A stretch of 64,000 nt of DNA from an uncultured Rivularia sp. Lineage in GTDB: Bacteria; Cyanobacteriota; Cyanobacteriia; Cyanobacteriales; Nostocaceae. Positions 11,405-20,249 of this stretch are shown here, piece by piece (within the stretch, counting starts at the first letter, position 1; every line of letters starts with the position of its first letter). Location: contig OY762007.1 in NCBI GenBank assembly GCA_963665115.1, positions 3,136,001 through 3,200,000 on the forward strand, given 5' to 3'. The notes below the pieces were generated by a model that saw nothing but the letters and a program-made list of their open reading frames with translations, was not told the DNA's origin and did not search any database. The translations under genes and the position numbers were made by a program.

Positions 11405-11857
11405 ATGCCATCTATAGAAATTATCTGCGTTGCTCAAATTGAACCAATATATTTTACTGATTTACCTTTCCAGATAGAGGTCAATAAAAATTTGATTTCT
11501 CATCGAAGCCCTGCTCCTCTTTTTCAGTCTGACTTTGATAAACTCAAGGGTTACATATACCATTTATTAGAAAATGAAGGAATAACAGCATATGAACTAC
11601 TTGAACAAGGTTGGTATGATGCTTGTGGAAATAGTAATATATTGAAATTCATTGACAAGGTATCACCTGATGTACAGTCTGTACTTAAAACGCTACTGAA
11701 TTGTTCACCAGTTAAGCAGCTTTTGTTTACTTCAGATTATCAATTTGGACCGGAGATAGTTAAGAGATTTGACCCAATCCCAATTGCTAAATTTTGGAAA
11801 TTACACGATACTAACAAGATTATATTGAACTCTGCTTACTGGATAACAGAAAGCTAA
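11405..11857 (+). CDS. Hypothetical protein
   Basis: 150 aa ORF co-oriented with neighbours; no recognised motif. Confidence 0.6.
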   Translation: MPSIEIICVAQIEPIYFTDLPFQIEVNKNLISHRSPAPLFQSDFDKLKGYIYHLLENEGITAYELLEQGWYDACGNSNILKFIDKVSPDVQSVLKTLLNCSPVKQLLFTSDYQFGPEIVKRFDPIPIAKFWKLHDTNKIILNSAYWITES

Positions 11858-11927
11858 GAAGTTAGTATGGCAGAAGATAGAATTAAATATACATAATTTG
11901 TTTATAATTTATCAGTTAATAAAAATA

Positions 11928-12218
11928 ATGAAACGCGATGAGGTTTTAGCAATTATTGAAAAGCATCGAGAACAATTGCAAACAATGGGAGTAAAATCTC
12001 TAGATTTATTTGGTTCAGTTGCACGGAATGAAGCGCGAGAAGATAGCGATGTAGATTTTTTTGTAGAATTTAATCGAGAGGTTGGATTATTTGAGTTGAT
12101 AAAAGTAAAGCTTTATTTACAAGATATAATAGGTCGTTCTGTAGATATTGGAACCTTAGACACTTTGCGAGACAATTTAAGAGAACCTGTTACTAAGGAT
12201 GTGATTCGTGCCCTCTAG
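11928..12218 (+). CDS. Minimal nucleotidyltransferase (MNT/MntA-type antitoxin)
   Basis: FGSVARNEAREDSDVD (GS-x10-DxD); overlaps the HEPN gene; start taken at ATG 11928. Confidence 0.88.
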   Translation: MKRDEVLAIIEKHREQLQTMGVKSLDLFGSVARNEAREDSDVDFFVEFNREVGLFELIKVKLYLQDIIGRSVDIGTLDTLRDNLREPVTKDVIRAL

Positions 12219-12555
12219 AGATTGGCGTTTTCGTGTACGGGATATGATGCAAGCTATTAATTCTATTCAGAATCGTGTAGCTAATCTAACATTTGCGGAT
12301 TTTCAAGCTAACGAGACAATAGCAAAAGCTGTTTTCTACGACTTTCTGATTATTGGGGAAGCAGCAATAAATATTCCTCCTGAGATTCAATTGCGTTACC
12401 CTAACATTCCTTGGCGCGTTGTTGCTGATATGAGAAATGTGATGGCTCACGAATATTTTCAAGTTAATCAAAAAATAGTTTGGAATACCATTAAAAATAA
12501 TCTTTCTGAATTAATGCGGCAATTGGAAGAATCAATTGAAGGGGAAGATTGTTGA
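12208..12555 (+). CDS. HEPN/DUF86 ribonuclease toxin (HepT-like)
   Basis: IIGEAA, IPWR, RNVMAHEY (R-x4-H-x-Y). Confidence 0.88.
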   Translation: MPSRDWRFRVRDMMQAINSIQNRVANLTFADFQANETIAKAVFYDFLIIGEAAINIPPEIQLRYPNIPWRVVADMRNVMAHEYFQVNQKIVWNTIKNNLSELMRQLEESIEGEDC

Positions 12556-12579
12556 ACTTTTAATAAAAAACTATCACAA

Positions 12580-12666
12580 ATGTCAGAGTTAACAGTTGCT
12601 TTAAATCGAATTTTAAATTGGCTGGAAAAACATCCTTCGGAAAAATACGGTTATAAAGTTTTATAA
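12580..12666 (+). pseudogene. Truncated 5' fragment of a SMI1/KNR4 gene
   Basis: MSELTVALNRILNWLEKHPSEKY versus MSELIDALDRIVNWLEKHPSEKY at 10108; similarity stops at ~12649. Confidence 0.8.
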
Positions 12667-12744
12667 ATAATTATACTTTATACTTAGCATAGTATAAAAA
12701 AAGACTTTCATAGTTTATGTCAAGTTTACTTAAAATTACATAAT

Positions 12745-13301
12745 ATGCCTTTAACTAACGATTCAATTCTTTGGGCTATCAATTTTTTACATAGTCATTC
12801 TGATGGAGATTTATTCCCAAAAATATTAGAAATTGATGCTATCTATGAAATGGCTGATGAGTTTGTTAAGCAAATTGAGAATAAAGATTTATGCTCATTT
12901 CCTCCTGGTTCTTGCCGTCGATTTATTGTTCCAAAAGATGAAATTGCCTATCGTCAAGCGACATGATGAAGTAAGAGGTAACGAATACTTTCGGTTTTCT
13001 ATTTTAAGTCTTTTTACCAAAAATCAGCACATTAATCATCTTTCAAAGCTAGCTAGATGCTATACATCCAGTGAACCATTTGTAAGGAGAGAAATACTTC
13101 TTTCGGCAAAACAAAATTTAGCTTTCGATTGGCTTCGAGAGCATAAAGAGAGCTATCCGACAATGGACCCCTTGGCAAAAAATTGCGTATATATTTGGAA
13201 TTTCAGGATTTCCCAAGGATGAAAAAAAATATTTTTTAAATAGGCATCATTATAACAGACCATTTGAAAATGTTTTAGCTAAATGGGCAAAGAATGCCTA
13301 A
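12745..13301 (+). pseudogene. Internally deleted relic of a probable bacterial reverse transcriptase (N- and C-termini only)
   Basis: N-terminus ...DGDLFPK...RRFIVPKDEIAYRQAT resembles the region leading into an RT fingers domain; joined out of frame to a helical C-terminus ending ...LAKWAKNA; no YxDD. Family assignment from recalled similarity. Confidence 0.55.
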
Positions 13302-13364
13302 TAATATGAAAGCAGTGGCAAACAACTTAACTCATGCATTTTTCATCAATATAAAGGGCTATAC

Positions 13365-13685
13365 TCATTTTATTAGCCCTTGCGTTCTTAACCTCTTAGC
13401 AATTGCCGATTCACCGTGGCTTTGACGTAAATTATCTACATTTTCCAAACGTCTTTGCACATCAGCATCAATATCTTCTTTGTTATCCCAGTAATAAGCT
13501 AATGCTGAATGAATTTGACTCATTGTTAAATGGGGATATTGAAAATGCAGTTCTTCAGCACTCCAACCATAAGCATAAACGGATGTAATTATTTCAACTA
13601 CTTTCATCCTAGTTCCAATAATGAAAGGTACATTATTTTCGTCAAATTCAATATATTTATACCCAGTATTTGTTGCTTGAGTCAT
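13365..13685 (-). CDS. DUF433 domain protein (antitoxin-like)
   Basis: PFIIGTRMKV...SAEELHFQYPHLTMSQIHSALAYY. Confidence 0.85.
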   Translation of the reverse strand: MTQATNTGYKYIEFDENNVPFIIGTRMKVVEIITSVYAYGWSAEELHFQYPHLTMSQIHSALAYYWDNKEDIDADVQRRLENVDNLRQSHGESAIAKRLRTQGLIK

Positions 13686-13697
13686 TATTAGTATCCA

Positions 13698-14291
13698 TTA
13701 CTCACAATTTACAGAAGCCTTTGTCAAACTCGCATCAATCAATACCGAAAGCGCATTTTGAGCAAATGTTGCTCCATCGGGTGACTGTTCAATAGTAGCC
13801 ATCAAACTAGCCCCTCCAATTAGCAGAAGATACTGTTTAGAAAAAGCATCAGGATTCTCTACACCTGCTTCTGCTGCTAATCTCATGACAATTTTACGAA
13901 TTGATTCACGCAAATCAATTGAAACATGATGGGCTTTATGAGATGCGTCTGCAATTTCCAGCACTGCATTAATAAACGGACACCCCCGAAATCCAGGAGA
14001 TGCATACCACTCTCGCATAACATCAAATGTTGCTAACAGTTGCTCTTTTGGGGTGTTCCCACGCTCTGTAACCGCTTTCTCAAACCATCCAATCCACTGT
14101 TGAGCGCGATACTTTGTCACTTCCTCAATCAATATGTCCTTCGAGGAAAACCAACGGTACAGCGTTCGTTTAGCAATACCTGATTCGGAAATTACTTCGT
14201 TAATACCAACATACGGAATTCCTTTTTCATAAAAAAGTTTCGATGCTGTTTCCAGAATTCTCTGCCGAGCAGTACTTGATTCCCCAGTCAT
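13698..14291 (-). CDS. TetR/AcrR-family transcriptional regulator
   Basis: RQRILETASKLFYEKG...IAKRTLYRWFSSKD; FRGCPFIN; start taken at ATG 14291. Confidence 0.92.
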   Translation of the reverse strand: MTGESSTARQRILETASKLFYEKGIPYVGINEVISESGIAKRTLYRWFSSKDILIEEVTKYRAQQWIGWFEKAVTERGNTPKEQLLATFDVMREWYASPGFRGCPFINAVLEIADASHKAHHVSIDLRESIRKIVMRLAAEAGVENPDAFSKQYLLLIGGASLMATIEQSPDGATFAQNALSVLIDASLTKASVNCE

Positions 14292-14314
14292 AGCTTTTGT
14301 TTTAGCGACATAGT

Positions 14315-14373
14315 AGACAGACTTGTCTGCGTGCATCTATAATACCAGCAAGTTCGGGGAGACAGACTTGTCT
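14315..14373. promoter_or_regulatory. Two identical palindromic operators AGACAGACTTGTCT (probable TetR sites)
   Basis: Copies at 14315-14328 and 14360-14373 between the divergent tetR and membrane-protein genes. Confidence 0.7.
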
Positions 14374-14429
14374 CCATTGAAGACAAACTTAAAAATTACT
14401 TTCAAGTAAATCTTTCTGGGAATTTAATT

Positions 14430-15089
14430 ATGAATGAAAATTCAAATACAGCTATTGGTTTTCAACTGAATTTTAATAAGTGGAATATTGTATACGTTGC
14501 TGTTGTAGTTAGTGCAGTACTAACAGTTGTCAATCTTGCAATTTATGGAGTTGAAAAGCAAGGGATTATTAATTGGCTAGATGCAACGGGAAGAGCCGGG
14601 ATGATTACTTTTACTGCTGCGTTTGTTGCATCACCATTACACAAGCTTTTTCCCAGTCCTTTTAGTCGATGGCTGCTAAAAAATCGCCGGTTTTTAGGAA
14701 TTGCTTTTGGATTTCAGCATCTTGTATTTCATCTACCAGCAGTTATCTGGTTTCTGATAATTGCCAAAGCTCCTATTGATGCAATTATCACTGGAGGAAT
14801 TGGTTTTGTGTTTGTAATTCCGATGCTAGTTACGTCTTTTAATACACCTGCAAAATGGATAGGAGCGAGGAATTGGAAAATTCTGCATACAACAGGAATG
14901 TTTTACTTGATGTACGTTTTTATCATCAGTTTCTTTCCTGGAATATCGGGTAATCCGTCGCTTAATCAAGACTATTTAATTAATTACGCTTTGTTGGAAT
15001 TAGCGTTGTTTATTGCGGTTTTCTTAAGAATCGTTGTATTTATTCGTAAACTAATCAACTTTTATAAAAACAAAAAAACTACTGTTTAA
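14430..15089 (+). CDS. Ferric reductase-like transmembrane (MsrQ-like) protein
   Basis: Several TM helices; ATGR, NRRFLGIAF..QH and WKILH motifs. Confidence 0.75.
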   Translation: MNENSNTAIGFQLNFNKWNIVYVAVVVSAVLTVVNLAIYGVEKQGIINWLDATGRAGMITFTAAFVASPLHKLFPSPFSRWLLKNRRFLGIAFGFQHLVFHLPAVIWFLIIAKAPIDAIITGGIGFVFVIPMLVTSFNTPAKWIGARNWKILHTTGMFYLMYVFIISFFPGISGNPSLNQDYLINYALLELALFIAVFLRIVVFIRKLINFYKNKKTTV

Positions 15090-15200
15090 CAAACGATATT
15101 AGATTGCTGCTACTAAAAAACTTTTGTAAAATATGGAATAGTGCAGTAAATAAAAATTTGGCGAAAATAAAATTTAGATTAATTTCGATAAAAATTTTTC

Positions 15201-15837
15201 TCAAACAAGTAAATATTTCTGTGCCAACAAAGCAGCAGCAACTCTATCCCGTAGTGACAATTTGCTCAATATTTGAGTAATGTAATTTTTCACAGTACCT
15301 ATGCTCAAATGCAAGGTTTGAGCGATTTCTTGATTATTTTTTCCTTGTCCCCACAAGTTTTAAAACTTCTAATTCTCTTTCGCTAAGTTGGTTGAGATTT
15401 GCGGTTGAAGCTGCATCGGTTGGTTTCAGATTCGCAAATATTTTTGGTGCGATCGCCGGACTTAGTTGAGAATAACCTTGGTAAGCTGCACGGATTGCGG
15501 TTGCTATTTGTTCGGAAGGTTTGCGCTTGAGAATATAACCCATTGCTCCAGCTTCTAAGGATTTCCATACGTACTCGTCGTCATCAAAGGTTGTCAAAAC
15601 TAAGATTCGCATCCAGGGGTAGCGTTGATGAATTTCTTTTGTAGCTGCTACACCGTCACAAATTGGCATTCTTACATCCATTAAAATTACATCTGGTTGC
15701 AATTGTTTGGTTAAGGAAATCGCTTCTAAACCGTTGCTTGCTTGTCCAATTATTTCTAAATCTTCTTCTGTGGATAATAAAGTAGCTAAACCCTGACGAA
15801 AAATATTTTGGTCATCTACGAGTAATAAACTAATCAT
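15201..15837 (-). CDS. NarL-family response regulator (apparent +1 frameshift at ~15349-15352)
   Basis: REC domain; LuxR HTH continues in the shifted frame GQGKNNQEIAQTLHLSIGTVKNYITQIL...RDRVAAAL to TGA at 15201. Confidence 0.88.
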
Positions 15838-17000
15838 CGCGGAATTTCTACTAAAATTTGCGTTCCTTGATTTGGCGAACTTTTAATGTTGAATTTACCG
15901 CTTAAACTTTGTACTCGCTCTTTCATTCCCTGTAAACCCGAACCAGAATTTGATGCACTCAAATCGAAACCTATTCCGTAATCTTCTAATTGTAAAATAA
16001 TCTCTTTAGAATTGTATTTTCCCTGAAAGTTAACATTTGAAGCACGAGCATGTTTTTGGATATTAATTAATCCTTCTTTGACAATGCAATAAATTTGATG
16101 GCTGGTAGTAATCGGTAAGTCGGGTAAGTTTATTTCCCATTGAATTTTTAATGTTTGATTGCTTCTCATTTGTTCCATGAGATTAGTTAAAGCGTTATTA
16201 AGATTAAATTCGGAATGTCGCATGGTTTTTACAGCATGACTGACATCCTCAATACATTGACCTGAAAGTATTATGGCAGTATCTAAAGCCAAAAAAGCTT
16301 TTTCTAAATCGCGATTGCGTAATTTATGAGCTACTTTTAATTGAATATCTAAATTAGTTAAAGTATGTCCCAAAGAATCGTGAATATCGCGAGCAATACG
16401 AGTACGTTCTAAATCTGCTGCTAAAATTTCGACTTGTTCTGCTAATTCTTCCGCTCTTTTACGACTTTTGTATTCCGCTAAAACTACGGAGCTAAAGAAA
16501 ATTACAAGAGCGCTGGCTGCTATGTAAATTCCCAATGAATAAATAGCGATTTTTTCTAAGCTGTAGGAACCATAACCAAATGGTGGTTCAAAACGGAAAC
16601 CTTGTTCTACTTCTTTGATTTCTGAACTTATTTCGCTGCTAATCCAAGCTATACCCATAGCAATTGTTAAAAACAGCGTTTTTTTATAACCAAGTAAGAA
16701 AAAACTTTTAGCAATATAGAGGTATATTAATAAGTCCAAGCTAACATCTATAAAATTAGCCAAGACTATTAATAGCACTGATAAAAATATATAAATTTGT
16801 TTTTGCCATCGAGAAAAGTTAGAAGGAGACAAAAAACTTAAAATAATAAAAATGCTGTAAAAAATAAAATTTATAGATAGATTGCTATCTCCAGCGGTGG
16901 TTATGACCAGCAAAATATGGATTGCAATAAAAATCCATTCTAAATAACGTAATGTTTGCAAGATAGAAAGAGAAGATTTTGCAACGAGATTCTTATACAT
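15834..17000 (-). CDS. Membrane sensor histidine kinase (HisKA_3 type)
   Basis: ERTRIARDIHDSLGH, EGLINIQKHA, DYGIGFD, GSGLQGMKER. Confidence 0.92.
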   Translation of the reverse strand: MYKNLVAKSSLSILQTLRYLEWIFIAIHILLVITTAGDSNLSINFIFYSIFIILSFLSPSNFSRWQKQIYIFLSVLLIVLANFIDVSLDLLIYLYIAKSFFLLGYKKTLFLTIAMGIAWISSEISSEIKEVEQGFRFEPPFGYGSYSLEKIAIYSLGIYIAASALVIFFSSVVLAEYKSRKRAEELAEQVEILAADLERTRIARDIHDSLGHTLTNLDIQLKVAHKLRNRDLEKAFLALDTAIILSGQCIEDVSHAVKTMRHSEFNLNNALTNLMEQMRSNQTLKIQWEINLPDLPITTSHQIYCIVKEGLINIQKHARASNVNFQGKYNSKEIILQLEDYGIGFDLSASNSGSGLQGMKERVQSLSGKFNIKSSPNQGTQILVEIPR

Positions 17001-17277
17001 ATTTATATTTATATTTATTTGATTTTTTGATATTCAAAACCTCACCCTCAATACCTCTCCATATTAAGGAGAGGGAAGCAGGAAGTAGCGTGACATTTTA
17101 ATAAGGTTTTAATTAGTATTACACTGATTTGAAATCTATTGATATGACCACGGTCATCTTTTTTAATGACTGTGGATTATTTTTAATGCATCATCTCTTG
17201 GTTAACATCATGATGAATTGAGAAAAGCATTTTTTTCTTGAGTAGCGATGATGTAATTTAAGGGTAATCAAAATCTC

Positions 17278-18432
17278 ATGTTCGATTCAATATTTTCGCA
17301 AAAATCAAATAGCATTGTTAATAATTTTATTAGTTTAGCTTTCAATATCAAAATACCAAAAGTCACACAACCAAAGTTTGACAGCCTTTATGTTTTTGGT
17401 GATAGTTTATCGGATAATGGTAATGAATTTACAGGACTTAATTACATTCAGTCAAACCTAAATCCCGACATTGAAATAGATACTCCTTCTCCTCCATATT
17501 TTCCAGGTCGTGAATCGAATGGGTTTGTTTGGACAGATTATTTAGCTCAAGAATTGGGCTTTAATTTAACACCAGTTCTTGAATTTGCTGAAGAAAATCC
17601 CGTTTCAGAAAATTCTGATGGTGGATATGAAATTATTCCTTCATTTGGAGGGAATACTGCGACTCAAAGCACAAATTTTGCTGTCAGTGGTGCGAGACTT
17701 GTAAATGATGATTCAGACCCAGGGGATTTGGTTACTCCTTCGGTATCTACTCAGGTTGATTGGTTTCTCGAAGATTTGGAAGTTAAGCAAACGAAAGCTT
17801 CTGAGGATGGACTTTACGTAATTCAAGGTGGTGCTAATGACTATCTATCTGGTGAGTTGTCCGAACCCACGGAAGCTGTTGCTGTTGTAGAGTATGCAAT
17901 TAAAGATTTGTACGATGCTGGAGCGCGTTATTTTCTAGTTCCTAATGTCCCCGATTTGGGTAATACTCCTCTCGGTAGTATTTTTTCTGATGAAGAAACG
18001 ACTTTTCTGACAGATGTATCGAATCGACATAACGATTTGCTTGAAACAACTTTAAGGAAGTTAGAGCGAGATTTACCCAATGTTGAGATTGAATCTGTTG
18101 ATTTTAGAGGGTTAGCTCTTGATGTTACTAACGACCCAACAGCATTTGGTTTAACTAATGGAACTGATTCTTATCTAGTCGGGGAAGCTCCTGATTTTTC
18201 TACAACGGGTGAAAATCCTGATGATTATTTCTTTTTTGATTACATTCATCCTACAACTAAAGGACACCAACTTTTAGCTGATGTCGCTGTTGAAGCAACC
18301 TATGATTTAGGGACGGGTACAAATCAATCCGATTCGATTGGGGATATTTTTAATAATATTTTGGGGAGCTTTGATTTTGGTAATTACGGACAATTTTGTT
18401 TTCCAGGAATAACTGAAGAATTCAGCATATAG
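17278..18432 (+). CDS. SGNH/GDSL hydrolase
   Basis: FGDSLSDNGN, GGANDY, FDYIHPT. Confidence 0.9.
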   Translation: MFDSIFSQKSNSIVNNFISLAFNIKIPKVTQPKFDSLYVFGDSLSDNGNEFTGLNYIQSNLNPDIEIDTPSPPYFPGRESNGFVWTDYLAQELGFNLTPVLEFAEENPVSENSDGGYEIIPSFGGNTATQSTNFAVSGARLVNDDSDPGDLVTPSVSTQVDWFLEDLEVKQTKASEDGLYVIQGGANDYLSGELSEPTEAVAVVEYAIKDLYDAGARYFLVPNVPDLGNTPLGSIFSDEETTFLTDVSNRHNDLLETTLRKLERDLPNVEIESVDFRGLALDVTNDPTAFGLTNGTDSYLVGEAPDFSTTGENPDDYFFFDYIHPTTKGHQLLADVAVEATYDLGTGTNQSDSIGDIFNNILGSFDFGNYGQFCFPGITEEFSI

Positions 18433-18449
18433 TACTCGACTAATTCAAG

Positions 18450-19082
18450 TTAAATATTATCTGGCTTTTTGATGAGATAAGAAATCAAAAGGTCAGATAC
18501 TTCTTCTTCAAATTGACTATCTTTAAGAAAACCTGGATGTTCAATGACTGCGGAATGACATAAAGATTCTACAGTATTACTAATCATAAAAACTGTCATT
18601 TCTATGTTTTTAGGTCTAATTTTATCACTCCATCTTTGGAGATAAGCTTTTAATAGTTCTGCAATCCGTTCGTCTGTCTTCTGCATTTTCTGCAATTTTT
18701 CCGAACGGGGAATTTCTTCATTTAAAACTTGGTGAAGTCTTGGGTTGATTGCATGAGTTGCAATTACTGCTTTTATAAGTACGGGAATTGCTATTTCTAA
18801 AGGAGCATCGAACAAATTATTCAAGTGTGATTCTAATAAAGAGGCAACTTCATTACAGTGCTGCTCCATTAATGCCATTATTAGCGATTCTTTATTAGGA
18901 AAGTATTGATACAGCGAACCAACACTTACACCCGCTCGCTCTGCAATATGATTGGTGTTGGTTTTTTCGTAGCCTCTCTCAGCCAAAATGCGAGCAGTCG
19001 CTTCTAATATGGCTTCAACCGTGATTTGCGAACGTTCCTGTTTTGGCTTTTTACGGGGCTTTTTGGAAGGTTTGGATACCAT
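18450..19082 (-). CDS. TetR/AcrR-family regulator
   Basis: PKQERS...IAERAGVSVGSLYQYFPNKE. Confidence 0.92.
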   Translation of the reverse strand: MVSKPSKKPRKKPKQERSQITVEAILEATARILAERGYEKTNTNHIAERAGVSVGSLYQYFPNKESLIMALMEQHCNEVASLLESHLNNLFDAPLEIAIPVLIKAVIATHAINPRLHQVLNEEIPRSEKLQKMQKTDERIAELLKAYLQRWSDKIRPKNIEMTVFMISNTVESLCHSAVIEHPGFLKDSQFEEEVSDLLISYLIKKPDNI

Positions 19083-19112
19083 TAAAATACCTGATTAAAA
19101 TACGAGTTGTAA

Positions 19113-19160
19113 ATACGAGTGATTGCTCATATTATGAATTATACGAGTAATCGCTCATAT
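19113..19160. promoter_or_regulatory. Two imperfect palindromes ATACGAGT-RATY-GCTCATAT (probable TetR operators)
   Basis: Copies at 19113-19132 and 19141-19160 in the divergent intergenic region. Confidence 0.65.
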
Positions 19161-19206
19161 TTTTTGATTTCTAATATTTCAACTCAAAAATTAAACTAAA
19201 ACAATT

Positions 19207-19590
19207 ATGAATTCACATAAATATCGTGTTTTTGTCTGTACAAAGCAACGTGAAACTACAAATACTGAAGGTTGTTGCTGTAATTTTGGTGCGTTGAATA
19301 TTTATCAAGCATTTAAAGATGAAGTGCTTCGCTTGCAATTAAGCGATAATGTCGAAATTCGTAAATCGGGATGTTTGGATTGTTGTGAATCTGGATCTGT
19401 CGCATTGATTTGTCAGTCGAATCGTAGGGATTTATCTTGGCTACCTACTAAATTACGGGTGAAACTAAGAAAACTACTATTTCCCAATCGTTATTTATAT
19501 GGAAAACTTAATTGTGATGACGTTTCAGCAATTGTAGAAAGTCATCTTGTTAAGGGGAAACCATTGAAACGATGCCAGATTTCGACTTAG
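19207..19590 (+). CDS. Thioredoxin-like (2Fe-2S) ferredoxin domain protein
   Basis: VFVCT...CC...SGCLDCCESG...YG...IVESHL. Confidence 0.8.
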   Translation: MNSHKYRVFVCTKQRETTNTEGCCCNFGALNIYQAFKDEVLRLQLSDNVEIRKSGCLDCCESGSVALICQSNRRDLSWLPTKLRVKLRKLLFPNRYLYGKLNCDDVSAIVESHLVKGKPLKRCQIST

Positions 19591-19606
19591 CTTGTAAGTT
19601 TATTGT

Positions 19607-20143
19607 TCAATATTCACTCAACAATCCAATAGCCTCTTCACACCAATCAATCCAGTTAGTTTCGTAACGAATACCGCGACGTAGGATTAAATAAATACAT
19701 TTTTGTTTGTAAGACAGTTGGGAAATGTCAGGAAATTTTTGCTGCTGGATTTGTTTATAAACTGACAACTGCTGCGAATGAATTTGATGATGTCGTTCAA
19801 TCTCTTGCAGAATAACTGAGTTAGGAACTAATTTCGCTGCAATCACTTTAACTAGCAACTCTTCACGAATTGCCATTGGTTCTGCTGGTTCTAGTAGCCA
19901 GCTTTTAAGTTTTTCTATCCCTTTTTCTGTAACTTGATAAAGCTTTTTATTGGGACGACCTTCTTGGGTAATTACTTCTGAAGTAATTGCACCATCTTTT
20001 TCTAGTTTTCCTAACTCTCTATATATCTGTTGTTGGGTTGCTTGCCAATAGTAATTACTCGTTTGAGAGAATTTTTTCCATAAATCATAACCACTGTAGG
20101 GTTCAGAACCCAATGTTGCCAAAATTGTATGCGCTAGTGACAT
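19607..20143 (-). CDS. PadR-family regulator
   Basis: SGYDL...QIYRELGKLE...KKLYQVTEKG. Confidence 0.92.
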   Translation of the reverse strand: MSLAHTILATLGSEPYSGYDLWKKFSQTSNYYWQATQQQIYRELGKLEKDGAITSEVITQEGRPNKKLYQVTEKGIEKLKSWLLEPAEPMAIREELLVKVIAAKLVPNSVILQEIERHHQIHSQQLSVYKQIQQQKFPDISQLSYKQKCIYLILRRGIRYETNWIDWCEEAIGLLSEY

Positions 20144-20249
20144 TTTTTAATTTAGAGTACCTTACTGCTTGACATACTAAATTTGTTGTATATAGTGTAA
20201 ATAGGATATACAACTTGTTGTGTAAACTATTTTTCTCTGCGATAAAGCC

